From the NCBI GenBank assembly GCA_042571445.1, contig JBHPFT010000001.1:29232-93231 (forward strand): a stretch of 64,000 nucleotides of DNA, written 5' to 3'. Both the position numbers and the translations under genes were made by a program. Below are positions 30,164 through 39,044 of this stretch, piece after piece; position 1 is the stretch's first letter; the number at the start of each line of letters is the position of its first letter. This DNA comes from Patescibacteria group bacterium. GTDB lineage: Bacteria > Patescibacteriota > WWE3 > UBA101185 > UBA10185. The notes beneath the pieces are model-generated. The model did no database searches, was not told where the DNA came from, and saw nothing but the letters and a program-made list of their open reading frames with translations.

Positions 30164-30439
30164 ATGTCTAGATCACTTAAAAAAGGAATATTTGTAGATG
30201 AAAAGTTAATGAAAAAAGTTAAGAAAGCCTTGGAAACAAAGGATAGAACTCCTATTAAGACTTGGTCTAGAAGATCAACAGTTGTTCCTGAGATGGTAGG
30301 ACTTACCTTTGGGGTTCATAATGGTAGAAAACATGTAGAAGTATTTATTACTGAGGCTATGGTTGGCCATAAGCTTGGTGAGTTTGCTCCAACAAGAACA
30401 TTTAGAGCACACTCTTCAAAGAAAAGAGAAGAAGAATAA
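30164..30439 (+). CDS. rpsS: 30S ribosomal protein S19
   Basis: [14 protein letters not shown]... and ...[13 protein letters not shown]. Confidence 0.95.
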   Translation: MSRSLKKGIFVDEKLMKKVKKALETKDRTPIKTWSRRSTVVPEMVGLTFGVHNGRKHVEVFITEAMVGHKLGEFAPTRTFRAHSSKKREEE

Positions 30440-30441
30440 CT

Positions 30442-30873
30442 ATGAATAATGAAGTTACAGCAAAACACAGATACGCAAGACTATCGCCTAAGAAAACAGC
30501 GATAGTTATGGATTTGGTAAGAGGGAAGTCCCTTGAAGAAGCTAAGATTATTCTTTCTTTTGATAAAACTAAACCCGCAAAGATAGTTTTAAAGGTTATT
30601 AAGTCCGCAGAAGCTAACGCTTTAAATAAAAATATTGATATCTCAAGTTTGACCTTATCAGAAATTTATGTTTCTCCTGGACCGATGCAAAAAAGATGGA
30701 AGGCCGGATCCAGAGGAAGAGTAGATCCTTTTGTGAGAAGAACAAGTCATATTTATGTTAAGCTCTCAGGTCCTGTGATAGAAACTCCTAAGAAAGCTGA
30801 GCCTAAAAAAGAAGAAAAACCAGTAAAGAAGACTGAGAAAAAGGAAGTTACCAAAAAGGAGGAAAAGAAGTAA
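30442..30873 (+). CDS. rplV: 50S ribosomal protein L22 with Lys/Glu-rich C-terminal tail
   Basis: ...ARLSPKK...LVRGKSLEEA... Confidence 0.9.
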   Translation: MNNEVTAKHRYARLSPKKTAIVMDLVRGKSLEEAKIILSFDKTKPAKIVLKVIKSAEANALNKNIDISSLTLSEIYVSPGPMQKRWKAGSRGRVDPFVRRTSHIYVKLSGPVIETPKKAEPKKEEKPVKKTEKKEVTKKEEKK

Positions 30874-31508
30874 TGGGACAAAAGATTAATCCACTCGGGT
30901 TCAGGCTCGGAATATCTAAGGATTGGTCATCCAGATGGTTTGCTGGTAAGAATCAGTATGCCGATTTAGTATTTGAAGATCAAAAGATAAGAAAACTTAT
31001 TGAAGATAAACTTAGTATTGCTGGTCTTAAGGATGTTGACATTGAAAGAACTGAAAGTGAGGTAAGCATATTGATTAAGGTTTCAAAACCAGGTGTTGTT
31101 ATTGGTAAAGGTGGTACAGGCGTTGAAGAGTTGGAAAAAGAGATTAAAAAGATAACTAAAGGCAAAAAAATTAAGATTACTGCAGAAGGAACTAACTCTC
31201 CAGAGACAGAAGCTAGGCTTGTTGCTGACTACATTGGTAGACAGCTTAAAAGGAGAATTCCCTATCGTAGGGTTGCTAATTTTGCACTTCACTCCGCTAT
31301 TGATAAGGGCGCAAAAGGGATAAAAATTCAGCTCTCTGGTGTTTTAAGTGGAAGTAACACAGTTTCTAGAACTGAGAAGTTCAAAGAAGGGGCTGTTCCT
31401 CTTCAGACATTAAGAGCCGATATTGATTATGCAAGTGTTCCTTGCCAACTTCTTTATGGAACTATTGGTGTAAAAGTTTGGATATATAAAGGAGAAAAGG
31501 AGATTTAA
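30873..31508 (+). CDS. rpsC: 30S ribosomal protein S3 (short, 211 aa)
   Basis: [24 protein letters not shown] plus a KH domain. There is no C-terminal extension. Confidence 0.95.
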   Translation: MGQKINPLGFRLGISKDWSSRWFAGKNQYADLVFEDQKIRKLIEDKLSIAGLKDVDIERTESEVSILIKVSKPGVVIGKGGTGVEELEKEIKKITKGKKIKITAEGTNSPETEARLVADYIGRQLKRRIPYRRVANFALHSAIDKGAKGIKIQLSGVLSGSNTVSRTEKFKEGAVPLQTLRADIDYASVPCQLLYGTIGVKVWIYKGEKEI

Positions 31509-31510
31509 TA

Positions 31511-31921
31511 ATGTTATTAATGCCTCGAAAAGTAAAATTTAGGAAACAGCAAAGAGGAACTAACAGAGGCAAAGCTGTGAGAGGAAGTACACTTGCTTTT
31601 GGTGACTATGGTCTTAAAGCTACAGATAGAATTTTACTAACTTCAAGACAGATTGAGGCTGCTAGAAAAGCTGTTATGCATGAAACAAAAAGAGGTGGAA
31701 AGCTCTGGATAAGAGTATTTCCAGATAAGTCTATATCTAAAAAAGCTGCTGAAACAAGAATGGGAAGTGGCAAAGCACCAACAGACCACTATGCTGCAAC
31801 TGTAAAGCCTGGGAAGATTATTTTTGAGCTTGCTGGTGTAACTGATGAGGTTGCTAAAAAAGCTTTTCACAAGGCTGCTGCCAAGTTACCAGTAAAAACT
31901 AAGATTATTAAAAAGGACTGA
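31511..31921 (+). CDS. rplP: 50S ribosomal protein L16
   Basis: [16 protein letters not shown]... Confidence 0.95.
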   Translation: MLLMPRKVKFRKQQRGTNRGKAVRGSTLAFGDYGLKATDRILLTSRQIEAARKAVMHETKRGGKLWIRVFPDKSISKKAAETRMGSGKAPTDHYAATVKPGKIIFELAGVTDEVAKKAFHKAAAKLPVKTKIIKKD

Positions 31922-31922
31922 C

Positions 31923-32138
31923 ATGAAAATAGAAGACTTAAAGAAAAAATCAAAATCTGAATTACACAAAGCTTTAAAAGAAGCCAGAGGAAACCTTAGT
32001 AAGTTAAAGATCGAGGTTATTGAGAAGAAAGAAAAGAATATTAAAAAGATTGGGATATTAAGAAAAGATATCGCTAGGATAAGGACTATATTAAATGAGA
32101 AAAAAGAGGAGGTAAAAACAAATGCCAAAAAGAATTAA
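31923..32138 (+). CDS. rpmC: 50S ribosomal protein L29
   Basis: 71 aa helical protein in the canonical position between rplP and rpsQ. Confidence 0.8.
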   Translation: MKIEDLKKKSKSELHKALKEARGNLSKLKIEVIEKKEKNIKKIGILRKDIARIRTILNEKKEEVKTNAKKN

Positions 32139-32364
32139 AGGAAAAGTAGTTTCAAATAAAATGCAAAAAACTGTTGTTGTAGCAGTTGATAAAAGAGTTA
32201 GACACCCAATGTATGAAAAAGTACTGAAAAGAACTAGAAGATTTAAAGCAAGAGATGAAATTGGAGTAAAGATGGGAGACCAGGTCGTTATTGAAGAGTG
32301 TAGGCCACTAAGTAAAGAGGTAAGCTTTAAAGTTATTGAGGTTTTAGGTAAGGAGAAGAAATAA
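32122..32364 (+). CDS. rpsQ: 30S ribosomal protein S17
   Basis: ...KGKVVSNKMQKTVVV.V... is an S17 OB fold. Confidence 0.9.
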   Translation: MPKRIKGKVVSNKMQKTVVVAVDKRVRHPMYEKVLKRTRRFKARDEIGVKMGDQVVIEECRPLSKEVSFKVIEVLGKEKK

Positions 32365-32729
32365 TGGTACCAGTAGGCGCGGTGATAAAACCAGCAGATA
32401 ACTCAGGCGCTCATAAGTTAAAGCTTATTGGAATACCTGGATCGGCTAAAAAGTCAGCAATAATTGGTGATACAGTTACTGTTGTAATCAGCGGTGCTGA
32501 TTCAACTGGTGTTGTTAAAGACCACTCAATAGTAAAGGCAATACTTGTTAGAACCAAGAAAGAGACAAGAAGAAAAGATGGTAGCTACATTAGATTTGAT
32601 GATAACGCTGCTGTGGTTGTTGATAAAGAAGGAAATATGATTGGGAGCAGAGTATTTGGTCCAGTTGCAAGAGAAATTAGAGACAGAGGATATTTGAAAA
32701 TAGTGTCTCTTGCCAAGGAGGTATGGTAA
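32364..32729 (+). CDS. rplN: 50S ribosomal protein L14
   Basis: ...ADNSGA... and ...IRFDDNAAV... Confidence 0.95.
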   Translation: MVPVGAVIKPADNSGAHKLKLIGIPGSAKKSAIIGDTVTVVISGADSTGVVKDHSIVKAILVRTKKETRRKDGSYIRFDDNAAVVVDKEGNMIGSRVFGPVAREIRDRGYLKIVSLAKEVW

Positions 32730-33040
32730 TGAGGATCAAAAAAGGCGACAAAGTAAAGGTAATAACTGGTAAAGATAAGGGTAAGACCGGTACTATTCTC
32801 ATGGTTCTAGAGGATAGAGGTAAAGTACTTGTTGAAGGTATAAACATGGTCAAAAAGCATGTTAAACCTGGAACTGTTTCTAAAGAAGGTGGGATAGTTA
32901 GTATTGAAAAGCCAATTGATGTCAGTAACGTGATGTTTTTTGATGAGAAGAACAAGCATCCTACAAGAATTGGTTTTAAAGTATCAGATGGGAAAAAGTA
33001 TAGGATTTCAAAAAAGACAGGTGAAATTTTAGATAAATAA
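32723..33040 (+). CDS. rplX: 50S ribosomal protein L24
   Basis: MRIKKGDKVKVITGKDKGKTG... (KOW motif). Confidence 0.95.
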   Translation: MVMRIKKGDKVKVITGKDKGKTGTILMVLEDRGKVLVEGINMVKKHVKPGTVSKEGGIVSIEKPIDVSNVMFFDEKNKHPTRIGFKVSDGKKYRISKKTGEILDK

Positions 33041-33042
33041 CT

Positions 33043-33582
33043 ATGAACAGAATGAAGGAACAATACATTAAAAAAGTTAGACCAGCTGTTTTAAAGCAGT
33101 TTGGTATGAAAAATATTATGCAAGTATCTCAAATCAAAAAAGTGGTGCTAAATGCTGGTATTGGTTCTTTTATGGATAATAAAGATGCTGTAGAAGGTTT
33201 TGTTCAGGAGCTAAGTGATCTATCGGGACAAAAAGCATATCCTAGAAAGGCAAGGCTTAGTGAGGCAGGTTTTAAGATTAAAAAAGGAGATATAGTTGGA
33301 TACGCTGTAACCTTGAGGGGAGAAAGAATGTGGGCATTTTTAGATAAGTTAATTAATATTGCTTTTCCGAGAATTAGAGATTTTAGAGGATTTAGTGTAG
33401 ACTCCTTTGATAGCAGTGGAAACTACTCAGTAGGTATAAGGGAGCACACAATATTTCCTGAAGTTAATCCTAATACCACAAAAGGTATTAGAAGTATGCA
33501 GGTAAGTATAGTTTTTAATTCTGATGAGAAGGAAATGAATAAATTTGTGTTAAGTGAGCTTGGGTTTCCTTTTAGGGAGTAA
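33043..33582 (+). CDS. rplE: 50S ribosomal protein L5
   Basis: 179 aa in the canonical position, with the ...GFSVD...GNYS.GI.E... region. Confidence 0.95.
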   Translation: MNRMKEQYIKKVRPAVLKQFGMKNIMQVSQIKKVVLNAGIGSFMDNKDAVEGFVQELSDLSGQKAYPRKARLSEAGFKIKKGDIVGYAVTLRGERMWAFLDKLINIAFPRIRDFRGFSVDSFDSSGNYSVGIREHTIFPEVNPNTTKGIRSMQVSIVFNSDEKEMNKFVLSELGFPFRE

Positions 33583-33584
33583 AT

Positions 33585-33770
33585 ATGGCAAAAAAGTCAA
33601 TGATAGCAAGACATAAGAAGAAAAAAAGATTTGATGTTAGAGACTATAACAGGTGTTCTTTGTGTGGTAACCCAAGAGGCTATATTAGAAGATTTAAGAT
33701 GTGTAGGAAGTGTTTTAGAGAATTCGCTCACAAGGGCGTGCTTCCTGGAGTTAGAAAGGCAAGCTGGTAA
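33585..33770 (+). CDS. rpsZ: 30S ribosomal protein S14 type Z (zinc-binding)
   Basis: 61 aa with C-x2-C...C-x2-C ([20 protein letters not shown]). Confidence 0.95.
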   Translation: MAKKSMIARHKKKKRFDVRDYNRCSLCGNPRGYIRRFKMCRKCFREFAHKGVLPGVRKASW

Positions 33771-33772
33771 TT

Positions 33773-34171
33773 ATGAGTATGGATAGAATATCAAACATGT
33801 TAAGCTCCATAAAAAATGCCTCTATGGTAAAAAAAGATTTTGTTGAAGTTATTCACTCTAAAGAATGTGAAAACATAGCAAAGGTATTAGAAAAAGGTGG
33901 TTTTGTAGCTGCAGTTAAAGCTTTTAAACCAAAAGAGACAAAGAGAAAAATGTTGAGAATAGATTTAATTAATGAGGAAGGTGAAGCAAAAATACGTAAT
34001 GTTAAAAGAATTTCAAAACCAGGAAAGAGAATATATAGAGGAGTAAGTCAGTTGAAGCCTGTTCAAAGTGGCTTTGGTCTTTTGGTTGTTTCTACATCCA
34101 GAGGAGTAATGTCTGGGAGTGAGGCTAAAAAGAAAAAGCTAGGTGGAGAAGTTTTATTTGAGGTTTACTAA
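33773..34171 (+). CDS. rpsH: 30S ribosomal protein S8
   Basis: ...DRISNMLSSIKNA... Confidence 0.95.
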   Translation: MSMDRISNMLSSIKNASMVKKDFVEVIHSKECENIAKVLEKGGFVAAVKAFKPKETKRKMLRIDLINEEGEAKIRNVKRISKPGKRIYRGVSQLKPVQSGFGLLVVSTSRGVMSGSEAKKKKLGGEVLFEVY

Positions 34172-34173
34172 AG

Positions 34174-34737
34174 ATGAGTAGAATAGGAAAAGCGCCAATT
34201 GATATACCAGAAGGAGTAACCGTTGAAATTTCGGGTACTAAGGTTGTTGTTAAGGGCCTAAAAGGTGAGCTAGCTCAGGATATTAGGCATGAGATAAAAG
34301 TTGAGGTAAAAGATGGGCAAGTGTTAGTTAGCATGGAAAAAGATATTAAAAAAGCACCTGCTTTTTGGGGTTTAACAAGAGCTTTGATTGCAAATATGGT
34401 AAAAGGTGTGACTGAAGGATTTGAAAAAAAGTTAGAATTGGTTGGAGTAGGGTATAGGGTAAAGCAGGTATCAAACGACACTATTGAGATGACTTTGGGT
34501 TTTTCACACCCTGTTAAGTATAAGGCTCCAGAAGGTGTTGAAATTAAGGTTGAAGATGAGAAAAACATTACAATTATGGGTGCTAACAAACAACTTGTTG
34601 GTTTAGCAGCTGCAAATATTAGAAAACTTAGAAAGCCAGAACCATATAAGGGTAAAGGTGTTAGATACAAAGGCGAGGTTGTGAAAAAGAAAGCTGGTAA
34701 AGCAGGAAAAGTTGGTGCAGGAGGGGTAGGAGCATAA
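34174..34737 (+). CDS. rplF: 50S ribosomal protein L6
   Basis: [16 protein letters not shown]... Confidence 0.95.
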   Translation: MSRIGKAPIDIPEGVTVEISGTKVVVKGLKGELAQDIRHEIKVEVKDGQVLVSMEKDIKKAPAFWGLTRALIANMVKGVTEGFEKKLELVGVGYRVKQVSNDTIEMTLGFSHPVKYKAPEGVEIKVEDEKNITIMGANKQLVGLAAANIRKLRKPEPYKGKGVRYKGEVVKKKAGKAGKVGAGGVGA

Positions 34738-34738
34738 T

Positions 34739-35089
34739 ATGTATCACGTTAAATTACGAAAAACAGGTAAAGAAAAAAGAAAACTTAGAGTTAGAAAGAA
34801 AATCTTTGGTACAGCTGAGAAACCAAGACTTTCTATCTTTAGATCAAATAAAAATATTAGAGCTCAACTAATTGATGACGAGAGTGGAGTGACTCTTGTG
34901 AGTGCTAACACCACTTCTCTTAAAGGGAAAAGTAAGACCGAGATAGCATCTAAAGTTGGTGAGGAATTAGCTAAAAAAGCTTTAGAAAAAAAGATAAAAC
35001 ATGTTGTTTTTGATAGATCTGGATACAGATATCATGGAAGAGTAAAAGCTTTAGCTGATGGTGCCCGTAAAGGAGGATTAAAGTTATGA
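34739..35089 (+). CDS. rplR: 50S ribosomal protein L18
   Basis: ...PRLS.FRSNK.I.AQ.IDD... Confidence 0.95.
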   Translation: MYHVKLRKTGKEKRKLRVRKKIFGTAEKPRLSIFRSNKNIRAQLIDDESGVTLVSANTTSLKGKSKTEIASKVGEELAKKALEKKIKHVVFDRSGYRYHGRVKALADGARKGGLKL

Positions 35090-35613
35090 CAGAGAAGAAA
35101 ATAAAAGAAAAAGAAGCGCAAAAAAAGCCAGTTAAAAAAGAAGTAAAGGCCCCAAGGAATGGGGATGTGAAGACTTCCGCAAAAATAAGTGAGTTTGAAG
35201 AAAGAGTTTTAGAAATAAGAAGGGTATCAAAGAAGATAAAGGGTGGAAATGCTATTGGATTTACAGCACTAGTGGTAACTGGTGATAAAAGTGGAACCAT
35301 TGGTTATGGATATGGGAAAGCAAGAAGTGTTGCTGCTGCTATCCATAAAGCTATAGCTACTGCAAAAAAGAATAATACCAAGTTAAAAATCAAGGATGGT
35401 ACTATAGCGCATTCTGTGGAAGCCAAGATTGGTGGTGCTAAGGTGCTTTTAAAACCAGCCCCAGAGGGTTCTGGAATTATTGCAGGTGGGTCAGTAAGAG
35501 TAGTAGTAGATCTTGCTGGAATAGAAAATATTTCTTCTAAGATGCTTGGCTCAAATAATAAACTAGCTAATGTTAGGTGTGCAATAAAGGCTTTGAAAAA
35601 ACTTAAGGAGTAA
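35086..35613 (+). CDS. rpsE: 30S ribosomal protein S5
   Basis: ...V.KG(G)........VV.GD..G..G.G.GKA..V..AI.KA... It is followed directly by rplO, with no rpmD. Confidence 0.95.
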   Translation: MTEKKIKEKEAQKKPVKKEVKAPRNGDVKTSAKISEFEERVLEIRRVSKKIKGGNAIGFTALVVTGDKSGTIGYGYGKARSVAAAIHKAIATAKKNNTKLKIKDGTIAHSVEAKIGGAKVLLKPAPEGSGIIAGGSVRVVVDLAGIENISSKMLGSNNKLANVRCAIKALKKLKE

Positions 35614-35615
35614 TT

Positions 35616-36056
35616 ATGAATCTATCTAATTTACCAAAAACAACACAAAGGAAGAAAAAAAGACTAGGTAGAGGTTACTCTAGTGGTAAAGGTGGCCACA
35701 CCGTAGGTAGAGGTACTAAAGGTCAGAAGGCTCGAGGCAGTAGAAAGATTCCTTTGGGGTTTGAAGGTGGCCAAATCCCCCTTTACAAAAGGCTACCTCA
35801 GATTGGTGGTTTTAGAAGTCTAAGAATAGGCCGGACAGTAAATATTAATCTGAGGGATCTTAACGTTTTTAGAGCTGGTTCTAAGGTTACACCCCAATCT
35901 TTAGTAGAAAAAAAGATTATAAGAAGAGTACCAAAAGGTGGTGTTAAAATATTAAGTGAAGGAAAACTTGAAAAGAATTTAACTTTATCAGGTTTTACCT
36001 ATTCAAAAACTGCTAAAGAAAAAATTGAAAAATCTGGTTCTAAAATAAATGCTTAA
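35616..36056 (+). CDS. rplO: 50S ribosomal protein L15
   Basis: MNLSNL...KKKRLGRGYSSGKGGHTVGRGTKGQKAR. Confidence 0.95.
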   Translation: MNLSNLPKTTQRKKKRLGRGYSSGKGGHTVGRGTKGQKARGSRKIPLGFEGGQIPLYKRLPQIGGFRSLRIGRTVNINLRDLNVFRAGSKVTPQSLVEKKIIRRVPKGGVKILSEGKLEKNLTLSGFTYSKTAKEKIEKSGSKINA

Positions 36057-37305
36057 AATTTTTAAGTTTCCGCAACTTAGAAGAAAATTACTTTTTACCC
36101 TACTAATAATTATTGCTTTCAGGCTGTTTGCGCATATTCCTGTGCCTGGGGTTGATACAGCAGCAATTAGGGCGTATCTATCAAGTAATGTATTTTTTGG
36201 TCTTTTTGACCTTTTTAGTGGCGGTGGATTTCAAAACTTTTCAATTGTTACACTTGGGCTAGCTCCCTATATTAACGCCTCCATTATTGTCCAACTTTTA
36301 ACAATGATGGTTCCAGCTCTTGAGGAGCTCCAAAAAGAAGGAGAATATGGGAGAGAAAAGATAAATATGTATACCAAACTTTTAGGGTTACCTTTAGCGT
36401 TAGTTCAGTCATATGGAATTTACTTTCTTCTTAGTAAACAAGGAATAATTACGCCTCTTGGCTTTTTTGACTTAGTAGTTTTAATGCTCTCACTAATTGC
36501 GGGCTCCTTCCTCTTGGTTTGGGTTGGGGAACTTGCTTCAGAATATGGTGTTGGAAATGGTATATCCTTATTAATATTTGTTTCTATTATTAGTAGACTC
36601 CCTCAAGGACTTCTAAACGTTATTGCAGGGATTGGGTCAGTGGGATTGGGATCAATTCTTGTTTTTGGATTACTCGCTCTAGTAGTTATAGTAGGGGTGG
36701 TTTTAGTTAATGAAGGCACTAGAAATGTAAACTTAGAATATGGGAGAAGGGGTACTAGATCTCAAAAAGTTACTAACTTTTTACCAATAAAAATAAATCA
36801 AGCTGGAGTTATCCCAATTATCTTTGCAGTATCTTTAGTATCACTCCCTTCACTTATTGGAGGTCCCCTGTCTGCATCAGAAAAACCAGGACTTGCACGT
36901 GTAGGAAGTTTATTAGCACAAGGTTTTAATACTAATTCCTTTGGGTATAATATGCTTTACTTCCTTTTGGTTGTTAGTTTTACGTTCTTTTATACGTCTA
37001 TCCAATTTGATCCTGAGAAGATAGCTGAGGATATTAAAAAAAGAGGAGGATTTATTCCTGGAGTCAGACCTGGAAAGACTACATCTGACTATCTAAAAAA
37101 GATTGTAGATAGGATTACTCTTTCTGGCGCACTATTTTTAGGTTTGATTGCTATACTACCTTACCTTTTACAGTCTGTAATTAAAGTTCAAGGGTTAAGT
37201 ATTGGAGGAACAGGGCTACTTATTGTTGTCTCTGTGGTACTAGAGACTGTTAGGCAAATTGACGCACTAATGGTAACAAGAAGTTATGATAAGTATTTAA
37301 TGTGA
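36049..37305 (+). CDS. secY: preprotein translocase subunit SecY
   Basis: 418 aa with 10 TM segments, in the canonical position after rplO. Confidence 0.95.
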   Translation: MLKIFKFPQLRRKLLFTLLIIIAFRLFAHIPVPGVDTAAIRAYLSSNVFFGLFDLFSGGGFQNFSIVTLGLAPYINASIIVQLLTMMVPALEELQKEGEYGREKINMYTKLLGLPLALVQSYGIYFLLSKQGIITPLGFFDLVVLMLSLIAGSFLLVWVGELASEYGVGNGISLLIFVSIISRLPQGLLNVIAGIGSVGLGSILVFGLLALVVIVGVVLVNEGTRNVNLEYGRRGTRSQKVTNFLPIKINQAGVIPIIFAVSLVSLPSLIGGPLSASEKPGLARVGSLLAQGFNTNSFGYNMLYFLLVVSFTFFYTSIQFDPEKIAEDIKKRGGFIPGVRPGKTTSDYLKKIVDRITLSGALFLGLIAILPYLLQSVIKVQGLSIGGTGLLIVVSVVLETVRQIDALMVTRSYDKYLM

Positions 37306-37317
37306 TTAAATAATATT

Positions 37318-37584
37318 ATGTTTGATAAGGTAAAGGAATTAAATAAGCTAAGAAAAGTTCAAGGGGAGATTAAAAAAGAACTAGAACAGATCTTTGTTAG
37401 TAATGAGAAGTCTGGGTTGAAGATAGTAGTTAGAGGAGACAAAAAGATTCAAAAGATAGAGGTTAATGGAGAAGATCAGAAAGATCTGAAAGATTTAGTG
37501 AATGATACCTTTAAAGATGTAGATAAGAAGGTAGAAAAACAAATGAGAGGTCGTATGGGAGACCTTGGTTTACCTGGATTTTAA
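37318..37584 (+). CDS. ybaB: nucleoid-associated protein YbaB/EbfC family
   Basis: 88 aa. MFDKVKELNKLRKVQGEIKKELEQI... ends in ...MGDLGLPGF. This parallels YbaB [28 protein letters not shown] ... LPPGF. Confidence 0.7.
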   Translation: MFDKVKELNKLRKVQGEIKKELEQIFVSNEKSGLKIVVRGDKKIQKIEVNGEDQKDLKDLVNDTFKDVDKKVEKQMRGRMGDLGLPGF

Positions 37585-37587
37585 TAT

Positions 37588-38211
37588 ATGAAGGTACTTT
37601 TTATTGGTCCACAAGGAAGTGGGAAAGGAACAATAGGGGAGATGATCTCCGAGTATTCTGGAATCCCTATCATTTCTTCTGGACAAACCCTAAGAGAAAT
37701 TCCTAAAGACCACCCCTGGTATGAAGAAATCAATGATCAGATGAATAAAGGGGTACTGGTTGAGCAGTCTAGAGTAGCCCAGCTTCTTAGAGAAAAGCTC
37801 CAACAAGACAAGTATAATAATGGTTTTATTATGGATGGGTGGTTTAGAGCTCAAAAGGATGTAGATTTGTTTGACCCAGGATTTGATAAAGCAGTCTATT
37901 TAAATATTTCGAGGGAAGAAACCCTAAAAAGACTAACTTCAAGAAGAACCTGCAGTAAGTGCGGAGATATATATAACACTATTACTCTTCCACCTAAGGT
38001 AAAGGGGGTGTGTGATGAATGTGAGGGGGAGCTCTACCAGAGAAAGGATGATATACCTGAGGCAATAAATAAGAGATTAGATGTATTTGAAAAGGAGACA
38101 TTACCAATAATAGAGATGTTAAGAAAAAATGGAATACTTATAGAGGTTGACGCTATGGAAACACCACAAGAAGTGTTTGAGAAAGTGAAAAAGGTACTAG
38201 ACCTTAAATAA
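37588..38211 (+). CDS. adk: adenylate kinase (zinc-binding LID)
   Basis: P-loop GPQGSGKGT. The LID has CSKCGDIY...CDEC (4 Cys). Confidence 0.95.
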   Translation: MKVLFIGPQGSGKGTIGEMISEYSGIPIISSGQTLREIPKDHPWYEEINDQMNKGVLVEQSRVAQLLREKLQQDKYNNGFIMDGWFRAQKDVDLFDPGFDKAVYLNISREETLKRLTSRRTCSKCGDIYNTITLPPKVKGVCDECEGELYQRKDDIPEAINKRLDVFEKETLPIIEMLRKNGILIEVDAMETPQEVFEKVKKVLDLK

Positions 38212-39003
38212 GCTTTCTATTATGCCAGGAATTATCACAAGGCAAAATGTAGCTAATTTTTCCAATATAGATCTAGATTTTTTAACCTCGTCAAGTCTGA
38301 ACTGAAAATCTCCCCATGTCTCTCCCTGAGGATTTTTTAGAAAGTTTTCACAAGTGTTTAAAATACTTTCCCACTTTTCTTTTTCTATCTCAACATCGGC
38401 TTCTTGTAGTGCGAGTATCATTCTTGAGGGAATTCCAGATCTCCAAGCAGCCCAAACATAGTAGTCTCTTTCTTTTAGAGCCTTTCCCATGTCTGTAGTT
38501 TCAAAATCATCAAATGTTTTTAAAGCTAGATCTATGCCCTCCTGAACCTTACCATTAACAACTAAGGTGGGGGCTAGAAATGCATTTAGTTCTAGAAGCT
38601 GTTCCTTGTTTTCTTGTTTTCTAATTAGTTCTATTGATTTCTTGTATTCTTTTTGTGCTCTAATGTGGTTTCCTTTATATGTATTTACCCTTCCTAGGAA
38701 TCTGTGAGATATCGCTTTTAAATCTTCAATATTATTTTCTTTAATAATCTTGTGAGCTTTTAGAGCAGCTTTTCCCATTTCTAAAGTTTCTTTTTGCACA
38801 ATATTTTCATCTGGTAAATCAGATGATTTTTCAGTCATTACTAGGTGTTGGTGTACTAGGGATGACTCCCAATAGAGTTTTGCTAATGTTTCCATATCAT
38901 CCTTTTCTGAAACCTCTTTTATTGCTTCAGAAATATATTTTAAGGCCTCGTCTTCTTTTCCTTTTTCTTCCCTTATCTTTGCTATATCCTCAAGGCTTTT
39001 CAT
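38197..39003 (-). CDS. hypothetical helical cytoplasmic protein (268 aa)
   Basis: A long ORF with a balanced, charged, alpha-helical-looking composition. No recognisable catalytic motif. Its 3' end overlaps the adk stop convergently. Confidence 0.5.
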   Translation of the reverse strand: MKSLEDIAKIREEKGKEDEALKYISEAIKEVSEKDDMETLAKLYWESSLVHQHLVMTEKSSDLPDENIVQKETLEMGKAALKAHKIIKENNIEDLKAISHRFLGRVNTYKGNHIRAQKEYKKSIELIRKQENKEQLLELNAFLAPTLVVNGKVQEGIDLALKTFDDFETTDMGKALKERDYYVWAAWRSGIPSRMILALQEADVEIEKEKWESILNTCENFLKNPQGETWGDFQFRLDEVKKSRSILEKLATFCLVIIPGIIESLFKV

Positions 39004-39044
39004 ACCCTTATTTTAGCATGTTTATTGGTGTTATAATTTCACTA

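Noticed and set aside
38823-39044. N-terminal 74 codons of the ORF-track CDS 38823..39989
   Set aside because: This stretch overlaps the coding region of the convergent minus-strand gene 38197..39003 and translates to low-complexity Leu/Pro-rich sequence. The genuine CAP-domain gene most likely starts at 39018 or 39045.
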